63,211 nt of DNA, filler included, from Octopus bimaculoides (GCF_001194135.2; 7 parts of 7 records of this genome joined end to end with filler, not necessarily neighbours in it); one strand, 5' to 3'; positions 13,591 through 25,269 are shown, counted from the first letter of the whole stretch. Translations and numbers: made by a program. Notes: generated by a model from the sequence alone, not told the origin.

Positions 13591-13924
13591 ATGTTTTATT
13601 TTTCTCTCTTCGACTGCATTGGTAACATAGATGTATTCGTACACGAAACGTCATAACTTGCAGTGTTGGCTCTGAATTCTATAGAAATTCTATAAAGATA
13701 AACTTAAAAGTTTAGAATATCGCACTGCTAATACAAAAGTAAGACACAATATCAACTTGTAAGCTTTTCATACACTTAGTAGTAAATTATGATTGCAAAA
13801 CGAAATATTATGCCCTTCCCAGTAATTAATAACTTGTTAATCTCTCGCACTATAAAATTTACAATCTAATTATCGAAAAGTCCTGTGAAATATTCACATT
13901 TCTTTTATTTTGGCCATAAAGGTA

Positions 13925-14160
13925 TAAGGGTAAAGATTCCCTTCAGTCATGAAAAACCATGGAATTGCACCTAGAAAGTTACCCTCCGAGACACAATTCC
14001 GAGCAAGGTTGTTTATAGTAGACAAGCAGTCACCCATGCTACCGATGTTATCCAAGGGAAAGGGAAAAGCAAAGGCCGATACAGCTTGGCACTGGTGACG
14101 TCACAACTCATTTCTACAGCTGAGTGAACTGGAGCAACGTGAAATAAAGTGTCTTGGCCA
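13925..14160 (-). mobile_element. SINE family D (5'-truncated)
   Basis: Reverse complement matches 49911-50190 (cacgttgctccagttcactcagctgtagaaatgagttg.gacgtcacc.gtgccaagctgtatcggcc). Confidence 0.75.
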
Positions 14161-14700
14161 TACCCATGTAAAATGTTTGAAACATCAGTTGTTGATGTCA
14201 GCCGTTTAAGGGTAAATACACAGATTAAAGGAAAAGGACAACAGAATTTTCAGTAATAATGTTTTTGCGGGAGTAGGTACTTTTCAGTGTAAGAAACACT
14301 GCGGCATCCTTCATTGATATCGTCAAAATAATCCCAACATACTTTGGCTTCTATTTCTAGAAGACCACGCGACCACATAGAGCATTCTTTATTGTACCCG
14401 GTTCCTCATATATTTTCGATTTTCTGTATTTCCAATATTTATATATATTCTATTAATACCAATATAATTATAAGTTTGGTGCACGTCTAGCTCTTTCTTG
14501 GCAGTCTGTTGTTTTCATTGCCTACTTACTAGGGGGCGTTAAAAGTCATGCACACACACGTACATATATACACACACGTATGTGTATATGTGCGTGTGCA
14601 TATATACATATATAAGGATATATATGCATATATACGTATATATAAATATATAAACATATATACATATTAGCTAGATATATATGAATATATAAATATATAG

Positions 14701-14731
<31 letters not shown>

Positions 14732-14821
14732 GACACACATTTTTATGTACGTATAAACATATATATCCAGATATATATATATGTATATGTAAATATATAC
14801 ATATATATGCGTAATTGCGTG

Positions 14822-14865
<44 letters not shown>

Positions 14866-15725
14866 TTCATTCACATATGTATGTATATATATTTATATAA
14901 AGAGAGAAAGAAAGAGACATACATACGTATATACATACATATACACACACATCACTATATATNNNNNNNNNNNNNNNNNNNNNNNNNNNNNNNNNNNNNN
15001 NNNNNNNNNNNNNNNNNNNNNNNNNNNNNNNNNNNNNNNNNNNNNNNNNNNNNNNNNNNNNNNNNNNNNNNNNNNNNNNNNNNNNNNNNNNNNNNNNNNN
15101 NNNNNNNNNNNNNNNNNATATATATATATATATATATATATAAGCAAAGGTCTATTCTGTTATATTAATATCTCGAGGCTACCTGTTTGTATTGATGCTT
15201 ACATATGAATGTTGGGTTTTTGGCGGGGGTTAAGACTATTTTTACAACTGCTGGATACTTCTTCCCTAATTACGTTCTCCCTCCAATTATGAAATGGGTT
15301 TGTTATCTATTTTTGCAGCTGGATTAACAGACACAGGGAGAATAAATACAAAGAATTTGACTTGGAAATCATAAAGTATCAAAGAATTTTATTTGAGCAT
15401 CAGACTGTTTGGTAGTAACGCTAAAGATTCGGAAGCGATATTCTTTAAATGTTTGTAAGAACGGTCGGCTGAAAATCTGTACGTGAGATTTAATAGGTGT
15501 TGTAGACGGGAAATGCGGCGAAAATTGTCAGTTATACACATACACACGCAGAAATATAATTATGTGTGTGTGTGTTTGTGTGTTTGTGCGCGTGCGCGTA
15601 TATATATGAATGTATGTTTGTATGTATACCATTATTCAGTTTAATTTCAAGATTTCTTACCAATAGAGAAAGATCCGGTTTCTAACCTAGATCCAAGGAT
15701 ACTTCATTGGAATTTCTGTGTCTGC

Positions 15726-15815
<90 letters not shown>

Positions 15816-15842
15816 AGAGAGAGAAGCCAAATATATATATAT

Positions 15843-15995
15843 TACTTGTTTCAGCCATTTTTGACTGCGGCCGTGCTGGAGCAGCGCATTTAGTCGAACA
15901 AGTCGATCCCTGGATTTATTCTATCGGTCTCTTAGGCCGAACTGCTAGGTTCGTAAACACACCACCTTCGGTTGTTAAGCGATGGTGGGGGACAA
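15843..15995 (-). mobile_element. SINE family B 3' half
   Basis: Tail gctccagcacggccgcagtcaaaaatggctgaaacaagta on the minus strand. Confidence 0.75.
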
Positions 15996-16032
15996 ACACA
16001 CACTCACATATATGTATATATAAATGAGGTAT

Positions 16033-16412
16033 GGAGGCGCAATGGCCCAGTGGTTAGTGCAGCGGACTCGCGGTCGTGGGATCGCGGTTTCGATTCCCAG
16101 GCCGGGCGTTGTGAGTGTTTATTGAGCGAAATCACCTAAAGCTCCATGAGTCTCCAGCAAGGGGTGGTGGCGAACCCTGCTGTACTCTTTCACCACAACT
16201 TTCTCTCACTCTTACTTCCTTTTTCTGTTGTACTTGTATTTCAAAGGGCCAACCTTGTCACACTCTGTGTCGTGCTGAATCTCCCCAAGAACTACGTTAA
16301 GGGTACACGTGTCTGTGGAGTGCTCAGCCACTTGCACGTTAATTTCAAGAGCAGGCTGTTCCGTTGATCGGATCAACTGGAACCCTCGTCGTCGTAAGCG
16401 ACGGAGTGCCAC
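16033..16412 (+). mobile_element. Full-length tRNA-derived SINE family C with 11-bp target site duplication
   Basis: Head ggaggcgcaatggcccagtggttag...ggtttcgattccc. TSD ATAAATGAGGT at 16020-16030 and 16417-16427. Confidence 0.92.
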
Positions 16413-16589
16413 GACGATAAATGAGGTGCCCTGTCTTGTGACTCTAATTTCTCCCCACAATGTATCCCAAATATGAATGAAGAGAGGGAAGAGAGTATCC
16501 TGAAATCGGAGGCCTGGGCCGAACCCTTGCAACAACGTGGGGTCTGCTAATGCTGCCCAAAGAGCGAGTGTTGATTTTGGACCAGGCAA

Positions 16590-16596
16590 CGGATTC

Positions 16597-16642
<46 letters not shown>

Positions 16643-16861
16643 GTTTATATTTTATCACTGAAAAATATCATCATCATCGGCATCGTCGTCCACCTCATCG
16701 TTTTCGTCGTCATCTTTATCAGCATCATCAGCATCATCATCATCATCATCATCGTCATCATGACCACCACGACAATTATAACCACCAGCAGCACAGCCGC
16801 CGCAGCTGTCACCCCAACCGCCTCCATCGTCGTCATGATGATGATCATAATCATCATCATG

Positions 16862-16914
<53 letters not shown>

Positions 16915-16940
16915 GTTGTTGTTGTTGTTGTTGTTGTCAT
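16590..16940. repeat. Compound trinucleotide microsatellite (ATT/CAT/GTT)
   Basis: Direct reading. Confidence 0.95.
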
Positions 16941-17179
16941 GAGTAGGTTGCGGTGAGATTTGAACTCTGAACAGAATGAACTAGTATAAATAGCACAAGA
17001 CATTGGCGCTCTAACTTCTCTTCAACTTCAAAGTTTTCTTTTTCTGCTTCGTACCTTTGGACACAAAACGAAGTTTTATATTATTTCCATGGCGTATGAG
17101 TGACGGAAGTCTCAACAATCTCCCTGAACGCGACCCCTGTCCGTTCAGGCTTCGAAAGTAGCAATTTCGAAACTGGAGA

Positions 17180-18185
17180 CACAAGTCAGTTACATTAACT
17201 ATGGTTCTCGACTGGTACTTTATTTTATCGACCACGAAGTGACAAAAGGAAAAGTCGACATCGGAGAGATTTAAACTCAGGTCGTAAAGAGCCGCAAGAA
17301 ATGCCGTTATGCATTTTATCCGACGTAGTAACCATTCAACTAATACATCGCCGACATACCTTATTTATCGATCCTAGAAAGACAAAACCTAAAGGTGACC
17401 TCGGCCAGATTTGAGTTCTTAATATTAGGAACATTTCATCAGACGCACAAAAAAGTCGGCGGATCGGCCGACTCTTTAGCGCGTTGACTTCGGTCGGATT
17501 TGAACTTAGAATGTAACGATCAGATGCTCTAAAGCGTTTGTCATTTTGACTCTTACTTAAATTATAATGAACAAGCCTTATCTTTCCTTTAGTTTATCTT
17601 TTGATTATTTTGTATGAATAATTTACTGCTGAAACAATTAGTTTTATGAACAGCAAGAATTTCCATTTCACGGATCGCCAAATATAAGACCTATAAAGTA
17701 ACTTACCATATCAGTAAAGGAATTTGGTCCACCCCATTATCTAGGTTTTGGCCACTGACTGGAATAACTTAACAAAACATGTCATTAGCAGTGTTTCTAT
17801 AATTAACGAAAAAGATAAGGTCAAAAGAACATGGGAAACCATATTTTCTTTTCGGAGAAGAGGATATAATTTTTGTTTAGTTAGAGCTAGTATCTGCATA
17901 ATTTATTTAATTGTTAATTATAATTTTCGTTATTTTTAATACCGTATACCGTGGAGACTTAAATTCCATTTCCGTTTTGGAAGAATCATTACCGTACCGG
18001 ACAAAAGTACTTAGCGGCATTTCGTCCGTCTTCACGTTTTCGGTTGAAATTCCATCGCGGTTGACTTTGCCTTTGATGCTTTCGGGAAACGATAAAATAA
18101 GTACCAGCTGAATACTGGAGTTGATGTAATCAACATAGACTCCTCCCCCGAAATTGTTCACATTGTGCTAAAATTTGAAGCCAAA
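17180..18185. mobile_element. Degenerate SINE family A copies (17180-17520 minus, 17990-18185 plus)
   Basis: Family A core motifs. Confidence 0.65.
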
Positions 18186-18399
18186 ATCGTCTATCATTTC
18201 TTTCACTTGGTTCATTCAATATACTGCGGCCAGGCTGGGGCACCGCCTTGATGAAATTTGGGTCGAATGGATCAACCAAAGTACTAATTGGGTATCTTTT
18301 AAGCCTGGTACTTATCCTATCGGTCTGCTTTGCCGAACCACTAAGTAACAGAGACATAAACAAACAAACAAACACCAGTTACCAAGCGGTGATTGAAGC

Positions 18400-18488
<89 letters not shown>

Positions 18489-18640
18489 ACGCACAATCAC
18501 ATATACATATACGTCAGGCTTCTTTCAGTTTCTATCTACTAAACCCACTCACAAGGCTTTGGTCGGCCCGAGGCTATAGTAGAAGACACTTGCCCAAGGT
18601 GCCATGCAGTAGGACTGAACCCGGAACCATGTGGTTATAT
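18185..18640 (-). mobile_element. SINE family B copy with internal (CA)n
   Basis: Homologous to 6448-6720 plus the tail. Confidence 0.8.
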
Positions 18641-18772
18641 TTGAGAGTGTTACCCAAGGGGCCATGCAGTGGGACTGAACCCGGAACCATGTGGCTATAT
18701 TTGAGATTGTTACCCAAGGGGCCATGCAGTAGGACTGAACCCGGAACCATGTGGTTATATTTGAGAGTGTTG
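18591..18772. repeat. 60-bp tandem repeat x3 derived from the SINE-B head
   Basis: Lines 18601, 18661 and 18721 all begin gccatgcagt.ggactgaacccggaaccatgtgg. Confidence 0.95.
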
Positions 18773-18975
18773 CTTTTCTCTTGTGTGTATGTGTCTGTGT
18801 TTAAGTCATCCGATCCTACGTAATACCCACATTTTATGTGTCCTTGAATCGTTACCCTCACACATCGCCCTCTAGCGGAAAGTATATGAATTCATTAATG
18901 TCATTATCCTATGTGACCGCGTGTGAATCGTTGGCGATTTTCTTTCTCCGTCTTCCCTTCTTTGGACTTTTTCTA

Positions 18976-19010
18976 TATCTCTGAAGAAGAGCTCGCTCGA
19001 AACGTGAAGT
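18976..19010 (+). ncRNA. Degenerate minimal hammerhead-like motif in a Penelope-type repeat tail
   Basis: CTGAAGA-a-gagc(tc)gctc-GAAA-c-GT-g. The core is intact but the cleavage base is G and stem I is weak. Confidence 0.4.
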
Positions 19011-19219
19011 CCTCCTTCTTTTCTTTCCCTTCCTGAGCGTCCAATAACACACTACTTTTACCACGTCCTCGCGTTGTTATTTATTCTTGCTTGTTCTTCT
19101 TTGGATTGCCTACATATATNNNNNNNNNNNNNNNNNNNNNNNNNNNNNNNNNNNNNNNNNNNNTTAATTAATTAANNNNNNNNNNNNNNNNNNNNNNNNN
19201 NNNNNNNNNNNNNNNNNNN

Positions 19220-20243
19220 TGGAAATGGGAAAACTTTGATGTTTGGCTGGAGAGAAATGCCATTCTTGAAGTCTGGAACCAAGCCACTCTGCCTTTTAGT
19301 TTTGGTAATTTCAAATCGCACACTATATCATTTAACTCTCATTGACCTAACAAATGTGGGGAACTAGTTGCATCTGGAACATATACGCCATCTTTACCTA
19401 TTCCTACATCACAAGCAGAATCTTAGTATGAACTGCTGTTTATTGTCGTTGCTGGTGGAACTGGTGGTGGATTTGCTTCATCGCGTGGTACTGATTTTAT
19501 TGCTGATTCATAATATTTGCTTTTCTTTGTGAAACCAGCAATTTTTCTCAAATAAAAATAATAACCATTGAAGTGATTTTTCAGCTCACCCCAAACCATG
19601 AGGATTGAGAATGGCATAGCTTTCCTTTTATCATTCATCCAATCTGTTAACATTCCATTGCAATGTGTACAGAAAATATGTGGTGCCCAGTCCCTCCCTG
19701 GCTCTCCTAATTTGCAGACAAAATAATACCTGTAGGCAAGTTCAATCTTTGTTGTTATGTTTCTACGTTATGGCTTAGATGTATATTGTCCACAGATATC
19801 GTAGAAGTTGTCTGGGTGACTTACAGAACCACGTCTATTTGATTGCATTTAATTACCACACAATATCTGAAAAATAAATTACGTAGAAAGTAATAATTAT
19901 GATGTACAAAATAGAAATAAATACACACCGTAATACAAAATAAGTTATCACAGCTCCTTACTTGTTTACAAGCAAAGAGCTTGAACAACTGCTCTATTTG
20001 TCTATCACGTGGAAAAAGACCGTTGGGCCTTTTGCCATCTCCGGATAAATTTTATTGATCAAAAGCCGATTAAGCCGATTAAAACTAAAAACTGGACGTA
20101 GGAAAACTTGTAGGAAATTTTAGTGATTTCAATTTTATACAAAATCTATACAAAAAATCTAATCACAGATTTTAAATCAGCATACAGAAATTAGCTAAGA
20201 ACACCTTTTTGGTCTTCTGTAACAAAATCTTTCTGGACTAGTG
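19220..20243 (-). mobile_element. DNA transposon relic: TIR-like end plus N-terminal transposase pseudo-ORF
   Basis: Minus frame MQSNRRGSVSHPDNFYDICGQYTSKP*RRNITTKIELAYRYYFVCKLGEPGRDWAPHIFCTHC...KRKAMPFSILMVWGELKNHFNGYYF... then PHLLGQ*ELNDIVCDLKLPK. This matches a widespread invertebrate transposase family with FCYICG, DWAPH and ELNDLVRDL motifs. The end reads cactagtccagaaagatt. Superfamily not assigned. Confidence 0.7.
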
Positions 20244-20544
20244 TTATCTATCTCTCTATACAAAAAAATCCTTTGTATCTCAGTTCCCAATGCATTCTCA
20301 AAAGGTCCAACCAAATCAAATCAAATTTTACATGGTAATACTATGAGATCACAGGAGTGTGAAAATGTTTTTTTTTTTGGGATTAAAACAATGCAACATT
20401 GGCACTAGTTCCGTATTACGTCTGAAAACTCGAAGAATAAAAGTGAAACCGTCGATGAAGTTATCAATAGTTTCACTTTTATATCGTTTCACTTTTAATA
20501 AATTCACTTTTATTCTTTCACTTTTAATAGTTTCACTATATCGT

Positions 20545-20650
20545 CACCACCACCACCATCATCATCATCATTTAACGTCCGCTTTCCATGCTGGCATGGG
20601 TTGGACGGTTTGATTGGGTACTGGTGAGCCAGATGGCTGCACCAGGCTCG
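20545..20650 (-). mobile_element. RTE-type 3' tail with (GAT)n end
   Basis: aaaccgtccaacccatgccagcatggaaagcggacgttaaatgatgatg; a similar tail lies at about 31330-31470 on +. Confidence 0.55.
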
Positions 20651-20689
20651 GACAAAGACACAAATGATAATGGAATGAAAAAAATGAAA

Positions 20690-22440
20690 ATATGATTGGT
20701 GGGAGAGGCAGACGACGCCCGCCGATTGCTGCTTCCCGAAAACATTGTTCTTTTTTCCTCAACAACACAAAATAAGGTATTGAACCTCTTACCAAAGTTC
20801 AAAGAATGGACGCAATCGTCCTTACAAGATGAAGCGCTGAGCCTCTTACCAAAAAATAAGAAATTCAAATTTCAAATCAAGACACTAAGGCCTCTTACCT
20901 TTCCTCCCCCGACCAGGTAATTTGCCCCCCGCAGGCAATCTTGCAGTTCTAAGTCGGGGCTCCAGGAAGCAAAACTATATTGGTCCTTGGGAAAGGAGTC
21001 CATCACCCTGAACATATCATTTTCTATTATGACCGCTTTTACCTGCGGAGGCCAATCCGGATCTTCAGAACAGGACAGGACTCCTTCCCGCTGGCCCTCT
21101 AGCTTCTTCAAAAAGCTCTGTACAACCCAAGCTTTATGAAAGAAGATCACAAATTCATCCTTCATCATAATGGGAGGGGTCACAGTTTCCTCCGTCAGTG
21201 GCACAAATCCCATCGACGAGGTTTCAGGACATGCCGGCAGTGTACTACTTACCACCGGCAATGTCCCATTCTTCTTTTTCTTTTTTTCTCCCTTGTGCTA
21301 CAGGAGGGTGTAGTTCTTCCGTTTTATCCAGAGGATCTTCCCTCCCTCTCACAGCCTTGGGGTCTTTCGGTGTGCAACCATTGTTGCTCACCTTCCTTTC
21401 TTCCCTTTTTCGAGGAGGTCTCCAGCTTCTCGACTGTTTCCATCTCTCCCTCCGAAGGAGGAGGGAGCGCTACCTTTACTAACTGCTCCAGGAGCCTACT
21501 TTCGTCCTGGGGACAGTTCTTTCTAATATGGTCCGTTTCCAGGCATAGGTGACACTTGGGTGGTGGGGGGCGCATACCTCAAGTATCACAGGATACCTGC
21601 AACCGGCCATTTTCAAAAATCTGGAAATACCAGACCATTAGCGGCTGATTGGATTCATAGGGTCAAAACTGCTTTTGACCCCATGTCAATTAGCCGCCGG
21701 CAACAATTTCACATTTAAAAGCTTGGGCCCGCTGCCACCCAGACCCCGGCGGATAGTGTCCTCTATCCATTCCGGTTCAATGCCCGGTGACAGCCCACAG
21801 GCCCAAGCTCTTATCAGTTTCTTTCCACAATAAGTGAGGAGGAACAAAATCTCATTGCCCTCCAAGGGCTGGCTCGCAAACTTGCGAACCAACTAAGGAG
21901 TGTCAAATAGCCACGTCGTTGCATATTTAGCACCCCTGGAAAGAAACTTAATAGTTGGCAGATTCTCTGCCAACTCTTTTTCTATATCTGTCTTAGGAAA
22001 ACAGGAATAGTGTCGAGTGACATAGAATAAGTCTTCAACACCACCGTTCTTTCCTCTAATTCTTTTAGACATTGCTTGGGTGGGATGATTTCTCACTCCA
22101 ACGCAGTGTTCAATTTCTTCGCCATGCTTTGAAGAAAAAGTTCAGGAAACAGTTAAAAAAAATAACAAAAGTCTAAACAAAGTCAAAAAACAGTTCGAAG
22201 GAAGACAAAGAAGGGAAAAAGAAAGAAGGAAGACAGTTCAAAACACGGCAACACACAATTCCGGCCAACCGGTACTCCTGGCCAAAAGGTACTCCAAAGG
22301 TGAACAGGGACATAGCAGCAGGAATACAGGTTCAAAAAATCCACCACAAATTGGTAAAAATTCAGAAAAGTTTTTCACAAAAATTTTCACAATTTTTTGG
22401 AGGCGGGATACGCCATCAAAACAGTTCTCCCAATTAAGTG
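20690..22440 (-). mobile_element. Decayed L1/Tx1-like retrotransposon, 5' UTR plus ORF1 with gag-type zinc knuckle
   Basis: Frameshifted minus ORF from about 22125 includes YPVILE(G)MRPPPPKCHLCLETDHIRKNCP (CX2CX4HX4C), followed by a low-complexity charged region. Contains stops and frameshifts. Confidence 0.65.
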
Positions 22441-22854
22441 AGACAACGCAAATATAGGTAGACAAATGCCCAAAANNNNNNNNNNNNNNNNNNNNNNNNN
22501 NNNNNNNNNNNNNNNNNNNNNNNNNNNNNNNNNNNNNNNNNNNNNNNNNNNNNNNNNNNNNNNNNNNNNNNNNNNNNNNNNNNNNNNNNNNNNNNNNNNN
22601 NNNNNNNNNNNNNNNNNNNNNNNNNNNNNNNNNNNNNNNNNNNNNNNNNNNNNNNNNNNNNNNNNNNNNNNNNNNNNNNNNNNNNNNNNNNNNNNNNNNN
22701 NNNNNNNNNNNNNNNNNNNNNNNNNNNNNNNNNNNNNNNNNNNNNNNNNNNNNNNNNNNNNNNNNNNNNNNNNNNNNNNNNNNNNNNNNNNNNNTATATA
22801 TATATATATATGTATATATATGTATATATGTGCATATATATATGTATATATATG

Positions 22855-23045
22855 TATAATATATATATGTGTGCCTGTGTTTTTACCTCCACCATCGTTT
22901 GGCAACCGATGTTGCTGTGTAACCTACCAGTTCGGCCAAATACACCAATAGAATAAGTACTTGTCTTAGAAGAAATACTGGAATCGATGTGTTCGACTAA
23001 AGGCCGTGCTCTAGCATGGCCACAGTCACATGGCTGAAACAAGTA
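22855..23045 (+). mobile_element. SINE family B 3' half
   Basis: Tail gtgctctagcatggccacagtcacatggctgaaacaagtag. Confidence 0.75.
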
Positions 23046-23069
23046 GAACAATAAATAATTATGCCAGTT

Positions 23070-24320
23070 TAATGCCCAGCAACGCCGAGTATCTCTGCTA
23101 GTCTATATACTACTAAAACTGTGTGATTGATTCTTGCTTGCGATCTTGCTTGCGTTCGTGTTTGTCTGTAACTTAATACAGTTAAACCTGCGCATAATAG
23201 GACAATACTCTGAAAATAAAGTAACCCTGAAATGTGAATAGAAAGTGAATAAAACAAGTTTCACGTAAATCGGACCACGGATTCCCGAGATACAGTATTT
23301 TTTCGGTTTGTTTCCATCATGAAGTTATTGCCATTTACTTTGAACACCTGCATAGTTTTGCTGGCATAACTACCGATGTGTACCCCGCCGAATTTGTGCC
23401 TCATATCTTCCAAGAAAATGGAGTCTTTTCAAAAAATACCTCTTAGACACTGTGGATTCAGAGTATAGAGGGCTTTATGGCAATGAATTTTTCCAAGCGG
23501 GTGGGGAGAGGAATTTCAGAAAATTCGCACGATACGACTTTTTCCCTCATAACTTTCAGGAAAATGAATTTCTTTTAAAGAAATGTTATACAAATACTTT
23601 ACAAATAGCATAGATTACGATTATAAAGAAATTTATGAGGAAATTTTTATTCCGAGGGAGTGAGAAGAGGAGTTTCGAAAAACAGAGTTTTGGATAATTT
23701 AACAGAACCAAACCGGCACATAATAGGAAAGTACTCTAAAAGTAATGCACCCTTGAAGTGTGAATACAAAGGGAAAACACGTATCGCGTAAATCGGACCA
23801 CGGGTTCCCGAGATACGGGGTCTTTTTCGGTTTGTTTCCAGCATGGGGTTATTGCCCTTCTTTATGAAGACCTAGATAGTTTTGTTGTCATAACTACTGA
23901 CGTGTACCCCACCCACTTTTTTGCCTCATTTCTTCCATAAAAATGGAGACTTTTCAAAAAATACCTCTTAGACGCTGTGGATTCAGAGTATAGAGGGCTT
24001 TATGTCAACGAATTTTTCCAAAGGGGTGGGGAAAGGAGTTTCAGAAAATTCATACGATACAACTTTTTACCTCATAAACTTTTAGATAAGTGGATTTCTT
24101 TTAATGAAATGTTATACAAATACCTTACGATTATAAAGAAATTTGTGTGTAAATGTTTTTCCGAGGGAGTGGGGAGACTTTTTGGATAATTTAACAGAGC
24201 CAAACCGGCGCATAATGGGAAAATACTCTAAAAGTAAGGTACCCCTGAAGTGTCAATACAAACGGAATAAAATACGTTTCGCATAAATCAGACCACAGAT
24301 TCCGAGATACCAGGTTTTTG
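23070..24320 (+). mobile_element. Helitron-like 3' end (hairpin plus CTAG at 23098-23101) abutting a 5' TC end, followed by an internal tandem array of about 500 bp
   Basis: gcccagcaacgccgagtatctctgCTAG|TCTATATACTACTAAAA. The same 3' motif occurs at 43756 on minus. Confidence 0.55.
23183..24320. repeat. Diverged tandem repeat, about 2.3 units (23183-23710, 23711-24201, 24202 partial)
   Basis: Units start aaacc(t/g)gc(g/a)cataat(a/g)gg and share taaatcggaccacgg, gtggattcagagtatagagggctttatg and ttacgattataaagaaattt. Confidence 0.9.
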
Positions 24321-24794
24321 GGGGTACCTTCATAAATAGTCAAAACGGTGCATAACGAGAAAATTCTCCGAAAGTGATATAACCCTTAAATGGAAAATTT
24401 GTTTCCATTGATTTTATGTTTACATCATGTTACAATTCCTTTTGCATTTTTCTAGAAGTGCACACATATGCCATAAATAAATGCTGTTACTGGAGCTGAA
24501 GTTTATCCCGGAAGTTCTATTTCTATTAGATGATGTAAATAATCAGTAAAACTTTAAACATGAACCTGTAAATCAGACCTATGATGACACGAACGAATTG
24601 AAATATTTAATTGAATTATCCTAAAATGAACTTTCATTTCAATGAAAAATTGAAATCAGCTACAATGTTTTATAACTTGAAACGTCAGTGATACAACGGG
24701 CCACGGGTAGAGTAGTCAACTATAAATAGACAATATGTAACATAGCGATGATGTCTTGTTAATGTTTAACACTGCCACAAATGATACAAGACGG

Positions 24795-24985
24795 TGATCT
24801 GGCAGAAACGTTAGCACGCCGGGCGAAATGCTTAACGGTATTTAGTCTCTATGTTCTGAGTTCAAATTTCGTCGAGATCGCTTTTACTTTTCAGGGTCGA
24901 TAAATTAAGTACCAGTTACGTACTGGTGTCAATTTAATCGACTGGCCCCATCCTCAAAAACTTCGGGTCTTCTGCCCAGGGCAGA
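24795..24985 (+). mobile_element. SINE family A copy
   Basis: ctggcagaaacgttagcacgccgggcgaaatgcttaacgg...gggtcgataaattaagtaccag. Confidence 0.8.
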
Positions 24986-25174
24986 AAAAAATGACCTTAC
25001 ACAGTTACGAACACAGCAGCATATATAAGTCATGCTGGTTAGGATTTGAAGATATTTTAAGCCAATCATAAAAAGTCGATGACTTTAGATATTTTCTTTG
25101 ACCTTATGTAAACTTTCATAACTTTTCCTACCTATTAAAACGTTTCTATTTTCTTTTTAAATGTTTATTTGAAG

Positions 25175-25269
25175 AAATCTGCAAATCATATTCGAGGCTG
25201 TTCAAGGATCCGGTTACATGAGTGATATAGCTATTGATGATCTGACCATGTCAACAAACGACTGTTCAT
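25175..25269 (+). CDS. MAM-domain gene exon A: C-terminus of MAM domain 1
   Basis: Translates (N)LQIIFEAVQGSGYMSDIAIDDLTMSTNDCS, the classic MAM IxFE...DIAIDD...C end. Donor T|gtaag is phase 1. The acceptor (gaag at 25171-74) is uncertain. Confidence 0.85.

Noticed and set aside
15319-15375. Possible 57-nt phase 2-2 exon (WINRHRENKYKEFDLEII) that would join exon A in frame
   Set aside because: The acceptor is good but the donor is weak (gtatca), MAM similarity is marginal, and it lies 10 kb away. Not supportable without transcripts.
16033-16110. tRNA-like sequences (also 26304, 49911, 6640-6720)
   Set aside because: These are SINE heads: they continue into SINE bodies and lack a complete cloverleaf.
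16537-16956. Poly-His/Tyr/Ile/Leu ORFs (also 3423-3965, 11526-12135, 49686-49955, 50143-50499)
   Set aside because: These are translations of microsatellites, with no splice or domain support.
19120-19219. Palindromic TTAATTAATTAA inside N-runs, recurring at about 19164, 35964, 40023, 50914, 57102 and 62114
   Set aside because: At 19120-19219 it is 44 N + 12 bp + 44 N = 100 bp, and the other sites look alike. This is an artificial scaffolding linker with stops in all six frames, not biology.
20284-20334. Possible 51-nt phase 1-1 exon (PNAFSKGPTKSNQILH)
   Set aside because: Splice-like ends only. It has no recognisable motif and sits between transposon relics.
23183-24320. Repeat arrays considered as CRISPR-like (also 18591-18772 and 5391-5588)
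   Set aside because: They are contiguous tandem units without unique spacers, in a eukaryotic context with no cas genes.
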